From Rhizodiscina lignyota (Eukaryota), in NCBI GenBank assembly GCA_010015805.1, contig ML978130.1:1240001-1304000 (forward strand): 64,000 bases of DNA, given 5' to 3'. Within the stretch, counting starts at the first letter, position 1. Every line of letters starts with the position of its first letter. Position numbers and translations under genes: made by a program. Below are positions 50,154 through 61,546 of this stretch, in pieces. The notes under the pieces were generated by a model that ran no database searches, had not been told where the DNA came from, and was given only the letters and a program-made list of their open reading frames with translations.

Positions 50154-51582
50154 TCAATGAAGCTCCAGGCTATGAGATCCGTTCTCCTGCACGCTGCCAG
50201 ATTGCTCTATCGTTTCCTTCCAGACGTTCCCTATATCGTTTGAGTAAATCCACGCCATGTCTTTACCACCTCTAATGACCTTGACTCTAACTCTATCCTC
50301 CTCACTCGGAAGTTCAAGGGCTTCCAACCGAGCAGCTCTCAATTTCGCCTCAGATTCGAGATGTGCGTACATCCTGCGATAGTAAGGGAGTCTAATTTCA
50401 TTGAAAAGTCTCAATGCTTTGACCAAATCATTCCTGAAATATGACAGAGCTTGAGCAAGGATCCATCCATCTTCCATTGCGAACCCAGCCCCGGATCCAA
50501 ATGCACCGGAAAGAGCATGGGAGGAGTCCCCGACAAGGGCAATCTTGCCCCAAGCAGTCAAGTCCGATAGCTCAGGCCCTGAAAAGGCTGCAAATTCTCG
50601 CCAAGCGCCAGTTTCTATTTCCTTTAGCGCCGTTTGGATTTCTGGGAGATATTGCTGTATGATCTGGTCAGCGATTTCGTGTTTGAGAACATTTGCTCCT
50701 AAATACGAACAGTGAAATGCGATTCGACGTATTCATTCGTCACTGGCACGCCCCAAGCTGATTTGCTCGCTCCATGGATTGCAGGATTTTGATATTCCCG
50801 TGCGGCGATCTCACTTATGCCCTCTCCTACCGGGGAGAAGTAGACATGAGAGGTCGGAAGGTGCCACCAGGCGGTGGTGTCAAATAGCGGATGAAGAGCT
50901 TTGAGTTCGTTCCGTGGAAGTAGAGCGCGTCATATTGTTGTGCCTGTAAATTTAATATCGTAGCCTGGCCATGCGCTGTCTCGAACGACCTGAAACATAC
51001 AATATCAGCAACAATATCATGCGAGGAGAGTGATCTTTCAGAGACGCACAGACCGAATGCCATCGGCTCCAATGACAAGGTCTGCAATATCGGTTGTTCC
51101 ATCAGCAAAGAATAGTTGAACTCCGTGCTGTCCGAGGTCTTCAATCCGCTCCAGCCTTTTCGAGAGCTGGAGGACTCCGGGCTTTACGTGCGATAGTAAA
51201 GTGGACTGCAGCTTTGTGCGTTGAATCCGGACTGATGTGAAGCGTCCTCCATCTGGACGTTCAGCACGATATAATTCTTCACCAGTTCTTCCGTTGCTTC
51301 ACGAGCATGCTCAGCTTCTGTACAGTTCTCGTGACAAAGGACTTACAGATTCAAGACCGTCAGGGTAGGATGGCCGCCGGTCAGCGATTCAGCGACTCCC
51401 AGTGAATCCAAGACATTCCAGGTATTCCTCCCAATACTGATGCCAGCGCCAACTTCGCGGAGTATTTTTGCCTTTTCATAAATGACCACATCAACGTTAG
51501 GAACCTTTGAAAGTGCAATGGACGTTGCCAACCCGCCAGGACCGCCGCCGACGATGGCCACTTTGAGCGGTCGAACAGGCAT
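50154..51582 (-). pseudogene. FAD-dependent monooxygenase (salicylate hydroxylase-like) with one in-frame TGA
   Basis: Four exons. GGGPGG, REVGAGI, VIGADGIRS, LVGDSSHALSGAFGSGAGFAMEDG. Exon 3 reads KFTGTTI-TGA-RALLP (stop at 50930-50932); the rest of the frame is open. Confidence 0.75.
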
Positions 51583-52008
51583 ATCGATACTCGTCGTGAT
51601 TCATGATGATCTTTAAATTTGGCCAATTTTTCCTTAAGATTTAGCATTTTGAAGCCATCTCTTGATAAGTGACAGAGCGTCATCAATCACGTGAATTGCG
51701 TGCGCTGATACCTGGAACCTTAAGGTGGGTCGTCCATTTCGGTACCCTCGATTCCAGCCCATCAGCATCTGATTTCATGCGTTCTGAGAGGTAACCTTGT
51801 CCCTATCACCGCTATCACTGACAAAGGTGGTAAATTTGGGGTTAGATGTTACCTCTTGACGCCAGTTGTAGATCACATGCACCGAATTATAGTAGTACCG
51901 ACGTTCTCGTTGCCTTGGTGGATAGCTATTCTGGTTCCATTTAGCACTCAGCGAAGGCTGTCTGCTGAACCTGGACTCTTGTGGTATGGCAGTACGCCGT
52001 AGTTCACA

Positions 52009-52060
52009 GCACTGCAATTTTAGCTCCAACGAAGGCTTTATCACCAAGATTCAGCCTTAG
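52009..52060 (+). repeat. Oriented intergenic element, copy 5
   Basis: GCACTGCAATTTTAGCTCCAACGAAGGCTTTATCACCAAGATTCAGCCTT; a partial copy TTTAGCACTCAGCGAAGGC lies at 51940-51958. Confidence 0.85.
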
Positions 52061-52118
52061 AGTTAGGACTCAGGAATCTGACCAATCGGTTTCAAGGAGC
52101 TGACTGTTGTAAGGTGCA

Positions 52119-52145
52119 GCCGCACTGCAATTTTAGCGCTAGAGG
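52119..52145 (+). repeat. Oriented intergenic element, copy 6 (core only)
   Basis: GCCGCACTGCAATTTTAGCGCTAGAGG. Confidence 0.8.
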
Positions 52146-52980
52146 ACGTTTGTCGTCAGGCAGTACCCTTCACCTTGCAGCATCACGGCGACAACGCAAG
52201 AAATCGAACGTACAGGACGACCATATGAGTTAGATGTCAGTAGCTGAGAAACTAGAAAGCATGTACGAGACTCCATGTATCTAGATAGTCTTATGTTTGA
52301 GACAAAGCTCCGATAGCACGCCCAGCCACCATGAGACTGCATCTTTCTCCGCAAAGTTGGAATCCATCTCTGATTTTGGATTTTGGGGTTGCAGTTCATT
52401 CGGAATGAGAGATAGTTGTAGGCTCGTCTTCAAGAGCGAAATTGCACATCGAACAGTCATCAGCATAGCATTCAAAGTCCCTAGTTGTACAGCCCTAGAG
52501 TACAAAAGCTGGCTCCCCCAGAGAATGCAAGAAAGCAAAAGAAGCAACGCTCCTCCACCGAAACTCCTTCTCAGAACCGTCACCAGACGAGTCTGGTGTA
52601 AGATCCTTCGGGTGCCTCGGGAGAAGATGCAAGCCGCCGCACCGAAATGCCAGAAAAAAACATCGTGAAAATGCATTGCCCATGTTGCCGAATTCTCCCC
52701 GCTTCCCATTCCCGGAAAGCATTGGCGCCAGCATATCGCAGAGGAACACCGGTGATTATGCCGCTTGTTGAATGCCGTGAGGGAGAAATGAAGTAAAATG
52801 CTTGTGCGCAGAAGCGAGAAAAGTCAAAGCACAAGCAGAACAGCTTGCATATGAAGAAGAAAAAAGGAAAATGTCATCCGTAGACACATCAGTCCGTCTC
52901 CGTATTAGGCCGTCGAACACCATTTTTAACCGTTCCATGGCTTTTTTTCCCATCATAGGTTCGCCGGTAACAGAAAGTCC

Positions 52981-55900
52981 TTACGCCAGAAAATCATCCA
53001 TCTCTACATCCGCCTTTATGCCATCACCTTCAGCCTCCGGTGCATCGGCGCCAAAATTAAGGTCAGCCGTGCTCGTCAGACCAAGTGCCTCACCTGCCAT
53101 GCTGGCAAAGTATCCAGGCTCATCTTGACTCGCCTCGCCACCCACATTGGCAGCCTCGCCGTCAAAGCCACTGAAGCTCGGTGCAGGACCTGCATCGCTA
53201 ATGTTGCGCTTGTGTCCAGGCTGGTGCGCAGTCGGACTGGTGGAGCCAGGATCGAACAGTGCAGGGTCGATTGCTGCGCCCGCTTCAGCGGGCGAGCCAG
53301 AGGTACGGATGAATCCTGCCGAGGCTCCAGTGAACATACTGTTGTCATCATAATCCACACGCGCAGGGGCGGGTGCGAAACCAAAGCCAGAAACGGCAGA
53401 CTCGCGACGACTGCCAGGGACTGAGGCGCCTTGAGGCGCGGGCTTGTTGGCTCGGAAGGCCGGCGGTTCGCCAGGAGGTGTGCGAGCACCGGGAGCGAAT
53501 GGCGGTGGCTCGCCGGGTGGCGTGTGGCTTCTGCTGTTCGTCTTCACGACCGTCTGGCCCTGTACACCAACTTTGCTGTCCTTTCCAAGCGCATCAGAGT
53601 TCTTCCGTGGGATCTTCTTGGTCCTCAGATGCACGGGAAGATCATCAGGATTTTCGATGCCCATCTCCTTCATCATCTTCTGCTGCTTCGTGGGACGAGG
53701 CTTGCGAGTGCTTAAGGAGTGCTCAATCTGGGGCGGTGCGTTTGGAGCGACCGGGGCCCAGCGATGTAGCTCTCTTCGAAGGAAGTTCGTTTCGTCAACA
53801 AGCAGGACATCAGCACCTTCAATCTTGCGAAGATAGAAGCGCTGAACAGAGAGTTCGTCTGGAGTCGACATCATTGGGTTCATGAGGTGAGTGATGTGGC
53901 TGCGGAATTGCGAAGCTTGATCGACAATATTGTTGAGGCACTCCTCCTCATCAGGCTGGAACGGAAGACCAGATAGTTCATCCTGCCAAGCCATGAGGTC
54001 CTCGAGCTTAGGACGAGCCGCATCGCGAGGGATCTTGACGCGGTAGTCGCAAATAGGACAAGTGTATTTGTCGTCCTCCTTGATCTTTCCGCGAGCGATC
54101 TTGAGGCATTTGCCGTGGTACCTATAAATACTTCTCTTAAAATCGAATGGAACTCCAATGATAATTGCAGTTGGAAAATAGGGGGGAACTTACCACTCAT
54201 GACAGATTTCGCACTCGATCATCATGCCAGCTTCCGGCTTGCGGCAGATGCAGAAGACATCGCGGTTGGGGTCTGCGACATCCATTTCGTGGTCTTCGGT
54301 AGGAGAGTTTGCTCGAGATGAAGGTTCGACGGGCATCCGGGGAGTGTCTCTCAGGTCGAAGCAGGCCTCGTTGCGAGACTCAACCCACTGCATGTGCTGA
54401 AGTAGGATGTGTAACGGCGCATTCGCTTTACCAAAGAGCTTCTTACCACGACGCATCCAGTCCTCATGCCTCTTCTGTTCTCGCTCCAAGTCCAGCGTTC
54501 CAGGTGGACGGCCAGTAAGCTCAGAGAGACCCTCCATAGCTTCCTTGACTTCCTTATAGGTGGGTCGTTGTCGCAGGTCTGGGTTTTTGCTCGCTTCGTA
54601 GAGGGCGACGATCTTCTCTTGAGCATCGCGCTGCTTCTTCAGAATGGAATCGACGTCTGCGAGAGTTTCGCGAGAGACAGGAAGGTCTGCGGCTTGAGTC
54701 GAGAGCGCATCCAGTTGCTGGTAATGTACGTTTTCAGCAGCCATGATTTCTTTGGCTTTGGCTTCCCAGAACTCGCCTAGGCTCTTTTTCTCCTTGAAGC
54801 GCACAATAAAGCCGTCCGTCTCAGGAATTTCCAGGTCGAGGCCTTGCTGAATGAAGTCTGAGATTTCCTGCAGCGTGCCGATCTTCCCAGGTTTTTGGCG
54901 TTCAGTGGCATGCTCGTACCACTGCAGTTGCTTGACCAATTTCTCGAGCTGATCGACTTCAGGAATGTCGACATTGTAAGAGCGGCCGAGCTCGGCTAAA
55001 TCTTCTAGCTCGGCCAAACTTCGGGACTGCGGCGTGCTCATGACCTCAACGGCTTGCTGCTGGAAGCTGGCAATGTTTTCAGCCTTTTCTCGCAGGACAC
55101 CAATCTCCGGGCAGTCGAAACCAATGTCTTCGGCGGAGCGAAGTAACTTCCGGATGTTGTCAACATTGCGAAGTTCCTTGTCGCGCTCTTCTTGCTCTGC
55201 CGCCTTTGCTATGCTTTGTTTGCGCCAGGCCCGCTCGTTCTTTCTGCGATTCTGCTGTTTTCTCGTCGTATAGTTGGTAGCTTCCTCGACCCACTCCTGA
55301 CAGCGGTCCACGAATTTCCGAAGATCAGGGAGCTCCTTCAGCTCCCACTGGGTGTTGATCTTCTCGCCATCAGCAAGGATTGTTCGCAAGCTCTTGAGAG
55401 GCGGCGCCTGATCTTCTTCCAGCAGCGTATCAAGCTTCTCCAGCCATGTCTCCGGTGTCCGGGCAACGTCAACAACTTTCTGAACTGTAGTCTTGAGCTC
55501 CTTGTCTGTCAGGCGGAGCTGGAGAACATGGTGTCCACCGGCAGCCGAGAAGCGCTCTTCAGCCGGCAAGTCGCAGCACTCGTACTGGCCTGCATGCTCC
55601 AAGCACATGACCTTATCTGTCTTTTTGCAAATGTACCTTGACAGATAGCTGAATGATTTGCAGAAAGCGCAAACGCAGTCGTCATCGCTGATTTCCGCTG
55701 GATAATCTTGCACGGCAAGGTCGCATTGTGGGTCGGTTGCATGAGGCTCGTCCAGTGGGCAGGAGTGTTCCTTTGTGGCCTTGTGAGCTTTCACGTATTC
55801 CGATCGAACCCTCATTTCCTCGTCCATCATCCGCTCAAGAGCGGGTCCAAGCCACCTGGCGGTCTTGATGGAATGGTCACGCGATGCCGCAGAAAGTAAA

Positions 55901-58534
55901 AGCTCGTCATGACAGAATACTGGCTGTCGCCTGAACATGCGCAGTCTACGCACAGCCTCCTCACCATACGGCTCCCAGTCCTGCGGCGCAAAATTGACTG
56001 CTTCGTTGAAGTTGAAACCATGATTGAAGCCTGCATGATAAGCCTGCGGGAATGTGATGACGAACTGGCCGGCTCTCTGATCGAGCGCGTATACCCTGAC
56101 ACCAGCCTTGCGAAGTCTCTCCGGAGTGAACAGGGTGGTCAACTGATACAACAAATCAGGATTTGATTCGAAGAGCTCCGGGACCAAATCACGCATCGCA
56201 TTCTCGAGCTTCTCAGCATCTTCGGCCGGTACGCCATACCATGTCTTAGTTGCACCGAAATGCTGATAGTTGGCAGAATACGTGCTGTGGTCCTCTGCAT
56301 GCCAGCAAAAGCACGAAAAGCACATGCCAACGTACAGCCACGGCACGGTCATGCCGGAAATGTCCGTTTTGATATGTCGGAACAGTGAATCCTTATCCAG
56401 GGGCAAGTTGTTCAGGTTCCACGCATCGGAAGCGTATGCGTCCCGAGGGTTCTTCTCCAAGGTTGGGAAGCCGCTACCGCTGATGTGCGAGTGGATGTCC
56501 GCGCCATACTCCACTTCAACAGTCTCAGTCAAGCTCTCGGTCAATCTCCAGAACTCGCGCTCGATATCATCCTCGGTAGTGGGGCGCTTGTTGTTTATTA
56601 CCGGGTCGAAAGGCATTATTGGGTCGAAGTGCTGATTTTTGAAGAGTTGCGCGCGATACTGAAATTGTCGAAGGGAATAAGTACCGCCCTCCTCGAAACC
56701 AAAATCACCGCTTCCGACCAAGCACCGGGGACAGAACCAGTCTCTCGGTGGCATTGCTGGCAGCGGAGGATCGAGACACTGGGGATGGTATCCGAAATCG
56801 CATCCATCACACAGGGCCAATGAGTACGAATCTCCAGGTCCGCCACAACTTTCGCACCTTGTGCCAGGTTTGTCGTTAGGTCCACGAGGAGGTAAGAGAC
56901 GAGGTGCTGCTAGCCGAGGCTGGGTCATGTGCGATCCAGCTACGGTTGGTGCACCATCTTTCTTCAGGCGCTTGCTCCTTCGTCCAGCTTCCGAGTCACC
57001 ATTTATCATAGGTTCACCATCGACGGAGAGCGGTCGCTTCATCGGGCTTGGATTGAACGGCTGCATGTTCGGAACAGATGAGTGCGTAATGGCGGAGGGT
57101 GCGAGATTGGGAGTATTAGCAGCAGACAATTGTGGACTCTCGAAGGACCTTTGTGGCGTTGCATTGTTCGATTCGGTTTTGTGAATTCCATTTGTCGCAT
57201 TGATTGCAGAAAAACCTGATGTTGGCGGCGCAGCATTTACAGCGGTGAATCCTGAATTGACAGCAGTAAAGCCGGAGTTTACGGCAGTAAAGCCAGACGA
57301 TGACCTCGGTGGCTCTGGAGGTCGCGCTGGAACAGTGGGAGGCGCTGGAGGTGCTTCATGAGCAATCGGTGGAACTAACTCTGGAGGGAGGATCGGCTGT
57401 TGCGGGGATGCGCCATGCATCGAAGCATTGAGCGCATTTGAAGCGCGCATTGCCGGGGAATCAGCGCCAAGACTCGAAGGAGTGTGCTGGTGAACTTTGA
57501 GTGGCGACCTTGAAGGCGACGGCGTGTATGGGCCACCATTTTCGAACTCCTGCTGCTGGCGCACTCCAGGCTTGACCTGCGCAAGATAATCTTCGAACGG
57601 CAGCAGCCACTTCTGATATGAGTTCTTGAGCGACGTTGACAAGGAAGACATAATCTTCCCACTATAGCCAAGGAGTCGTCCGATTTCTGCCCACTTCTTG
57701 CCCTTGCATACCCGCTCGAATCCTCCTTGCGCCTCGACAAGGTTCTTCAGTTTGTACAGGTCGAGAGGACGCTTATCGACGCTTGGAAATCGGTTCAAAT
57801 TCGTGCCATTGCGCTGTTTGTGGAACTTTGCAAGTTGATCGAGATAGTTGAGATTCGCGCGAGTGCCTACATAGTCATCTGTTTCAGTAAGGCAGTTCAA
57901 CAAGGTGGGAGGATCAATTTTGTTTGTACCTCCTTCAACGATATTGAGCTCCTGTCGACGTGTTCGGAAATGGAAGCGCTGCGAGTGAATTAGCATGGGG
58001 GCATTAGCCTAAAGAAACTGAAAAAGAAACATCTCGTCGGAATGAAGAGAACGCAGTTAGAAGTGTTACGAAGAAATAGTTTGCATGCGAATCTGAGTAA
58101 TGACGTACCTCAGTATCGATGGCAAGGTCCGGATTCCAGCTATCAGGCGGTATGATTTTGACGATACCGTACTTCCTGCCCTCTTCCGCAATGCTCTTGA
58201 TGAATTCAATCGGGTTCCTGAACTGTTCTTCAGTTGGCCTATATGTCGGGGCCTCCTGCAAACCAAAGAGGCGTTGTGGTTTGGTATATTCCCTCGCCAT
58301 ATTAGGCTGTCCTCGTCGCTCGACCGTCGCCATGTCCAGCTTCTGCGCCTTGAGCGAGCTCAGTGGCTTCGGAATCGTCCCGTTGGTCGTCGCATTCATT
58401 AGGGGACCTCCGCCCATGCGGCCCATTCTGCCCTGCGGAGTGCTGGCACCAGGAGTACCGTTGGCAGGGCTGTTTCGCATGGCGGATGCGCCCATCGTGG
58501 AGGACGAGCCTCCGACTGCAGGTGCATGCACCAT
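52981..58534 (-). CDS. KDM5: KDM5/JARID1-family H3K4 demethylase (JmjN-ARID-PHD-JmjC-C5HC2-PLU1-PHD)
   Basis: JmjN APTYRPTEEQF...YGIVKIIPP; ARID LDLYKLK...KKWAEIG; PHD CESC...CDGC...HPQC...WFCPRC; JmjC CWHAEDH, AYHAGFNHG; second PHD FCICR...CEICHEWYH. Introns about 57979-58108, 57867-57929, 54122-54193. Confidence 0.96.
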
Positions 58535-59405
58535 CTTTTACTCCAAGGCCGCTAGCCGGCCCAGCTCAAGTTGATATCCGCAGGATGTATGGAATGGTGG
58601 TGATAATGGTATGTGTAGTAGACGGCCGCCTCCGTGTCTCTCTGTGAACTAATTCTCGACACCTCTCCCGGCTCTCTCACAAGCTTTCTTGACACATGTA
58701 TGCTCCGCCAAGGGTGCTTGCTGGCTCGGCACACGCATGCGATAAAACGAATGGACGGGGTGAAGGTGCGTCGATCGGGGGTCGGCGTGGTCAGTCTCGT
58801 GAAGTCGTCGGGCGGTGGTGGACGATGGGGGACGAGAGTTTAGCGGTGCGGAGTGCGGGAGAGGTTGGAGAGAGACGGCGCTGATGTGGGCTTCTGCGCA
58901 TAAAGCTCCTTCGCTGCTTGAGGCTCGTCGCGCTAGCCCCCTTTCGGCCGTCCCGATCGGAGGACGAACGCTTTCTAGCAAATCTAGCACTTCGCCCATG
59001 AATAAGCGCATATTTTCCGATCAGCAATTTCTGCATCTTTGGGGCGTTGTTTTGGAATATCGGTCCTTGTTAAGACGCAAGTTTTATTGTGCGGACGAGA
59101 GAAAAATAGCTTTCATCTGCTCTGTGGGAGCTCTGGCAATCACATTCCCAGGGTTAGGGTTTTGCGCTGTACGCCTAGCGCGCCGCCAACATGGAATCAT
59201 TCTCAACGCAAATCGAGTATGACGACAACGTCCAAGGCAGCTGAAAGTTCCATGCATGTGCTGTCATTTATCTGACATCTCCATTTTTGGATAATCGACC
59301 GAAATATGTACAGGAAGGAACTTATATACAAGAACAGAAGTCAACGACAATTTGCAAACCAGCTTCCCCCACTCATTGTGAGTGCCACACAGAGTACACT
59401 GTGCT

Positions 59406-60830
59406 CTATATCTTCGCCGCTGCAGTAGAGCAGCTAACACATCCACCAGGTCCATTCTTGGCACTAATGGCCTGGACACCGGGGAAGTACATCGTCGGTA
59501 TAGCAGGAATCGGGATGCTCATTGTTGTGCCGAAATCGGTGCTGAGATCCGCCGCCATAGTTGGAGCCGCATAGCCGCTCGGCGTCGCGGTAATGGTACT
59601 TGTCACAGCATCATATTCGCCCGAACCAGACTCTAGACACCCGCCGGTGCCGTGTGCCGAGCGGCAGATTTCGTACTCAGAGGTCCCTGTCTCAGTCCAC
59701 ATGGCGAAATCGACCACTTGCATATTTGTGCAAGGAGCCCCATCTGCGCACTTGAATTGCATCGGACCGCGCTGGATGCCGTTCGAGCAGGTGCCTGTCC
59801 AGTTCGAGAACGTGATGTTGTCGAGCTGCACACCGTCACCGGCGACAGGGCTCATGCTGGCCCAGTACTGGTCGACATTCAGGCTGTAGGCATTGCCATG
59901 GCCAATGAAGTTTTCGAGGACGACATCTTTCATGGTGCCAGAGCCGCCGTTTGACTTGATCATGAGCATCTGGTTCGAGCCCCAGGTGTACACGTTGCGG
60001 TAGATGATATCGCTGATGTCTACGTCTGCCCCAAGAGAGCCGAAGGCACAGCCGCCGGAGAGGTTGCAATAGATGTTTTCGATGAGGATATTCTGAGCAG
60101 GCGATTTGACGGTGACGCATTCGTCTTTATTCGTGACCATGACCTTTCATTCACGTTAGTCAAAATCCTCATGTGAGTGTGAGCAAGCGGAACTCACATC
60201 ATGGATCCAGATGTTGGTCGACCAGACATCGACTCCATCTAAGCCTCCGGAGTTGCCGCCTCGGATAGCCACGTTATAAACCTCTCCGTTGGAGCACGTA
60301 TCCATCGTGAAGTGGAAAGCAGGAGAATCAACCAATGCAATATCATGAACTGAAAAGTCTTGGACCTCGTAGAACCTCAAGAGACGTGGGCCACTCAAGC
60401 TTCCCTGCTGGTGGAAAATATACCCATTCCCTTGAATCGCACCTCTACCCGTTCCACTCATAAACTCAATGTCCGAGCTGTGCTCAATCATGATCATATT
60501 GCCACCGTCCGTACCGGTTCTGTTGATGACTCCATCAAGCCGAATGACCACACCCGTCCCGCCGGTGAGCGTTACCCAGGTATTCATCGCCCAAGTCCCG
60601 CTTCCGATATAAATTGCGCCGCCCGATTTGCAGTCGTTCCATGCCGCAGAGAGTGCTGGTCCGATGTCTGTCTTGCCGTCCGCTTTCGCACCGTAGGCCG
60701 TCACAGCGCAGACCTTCTTGCGTTTATCCGCGTAGGACGTCGTGGGGCCAACGGAGCCAGAGAGCTGTGCGGCGGTGAAGGGAAGGAGAAAAGAAGAGAG
60801 CAAAAAGAGTGACTCGAAGTTGAAACGCAT
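59406..60830 (-). CDS. rhgA: GH28 endo-rhamnogalacturonase A
   Basis: Signal peptide then [57 protein letters not shown]; intron 60144-60197. Confidence 0.92.
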
Positions 60831-61423
60831 GGTGAAAACGGGCCAGCCGTGAAGACGGCTGCTGAATGAATGGCAAAGAATGGAAAAGAGGACGAATGCT
60901 CAACCTACCAAAGAGATCGGGATGCCTTGAACTTCATATTGCACATGTGCTTCATCTAGGTACTCCGTAATGTGCGGTCGGGCGAGAGCATCCTTGAGAG
61001 AATCAGTCGGCTTATGATTTGAGAGCGGTTACGCGTAATTGCGGCGAAGAATTACAGTACCTATTACGGGCGTTCAAATGCCCTAGCGATATGACGGCTT
61101 AAAGCTGAGGTCGAGGCGACGCCGATAATTTGAGGCTTTGGCGTAGCCGCTTTCGGTTAGAGATCGTCGTCCGTTTCAATCTCGCGTGTTTGATGTTTAG
61201 TCGACCAGCCGCAGGGGCTGGCAGCATCTCCTTTAGCGGCATGTCTTTATTCTATCTGAGAATGACCCTTGACCGGACGTCCATCTATATATCAATACCC
61301 TTCCAAGGTGGTAGGGTAGGTAGCGAGGACGGAACATGCACTCAATCTTAGTCCACTTGGCCTAGGTCACGTGATAGCCTTTGAGACGTGGACACGTGCA
61401 CTGAGACCGCAGTCTGTCAAAGT

Positions 61424-61492
61424 GCACTGCGATTTTAGCCCCAGCAGAAGGCTTCGTCCGCCACACCAACCTTTTGAAAGTGCTAAAGATTC
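61424..61492 (+). repeat. Oriented intergenic element, copy 7
   Basis: GCACTGCGATTTTAGCCCCAGCAGAAGGCTTCGTCCGCC; the tail resembles copy 3 (CTTCCTCCGCC, CTAAAG). Confidence 0.75.
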
Positions 61493-61546
61493 ACTGCAGC
61501 CCCCGAAGTACGCAACTTTCTTTCAGTTTAAAGTAGCTAGTACTGC

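Noticed and set aside
52281..52709. 142-codon ORF downstream of KDM5
   Set aside because: No recognisable motifs; probably 3' UTR/intergenic sequence.
57867..57929. Apparent 21-residue insertion before the KDM5 ARID domain
   Set aside because: Bounded by GT and TAG; most simply a stop-free 63-nt intron.
40646..61492. CRISPR-array or Tc1/MITE interpretation of the repeated core
   Set aside because: Eukaryotic context, kilobase-scale irregular spacing and no cas genes; no inverted partner copy or TA target duplication seen.
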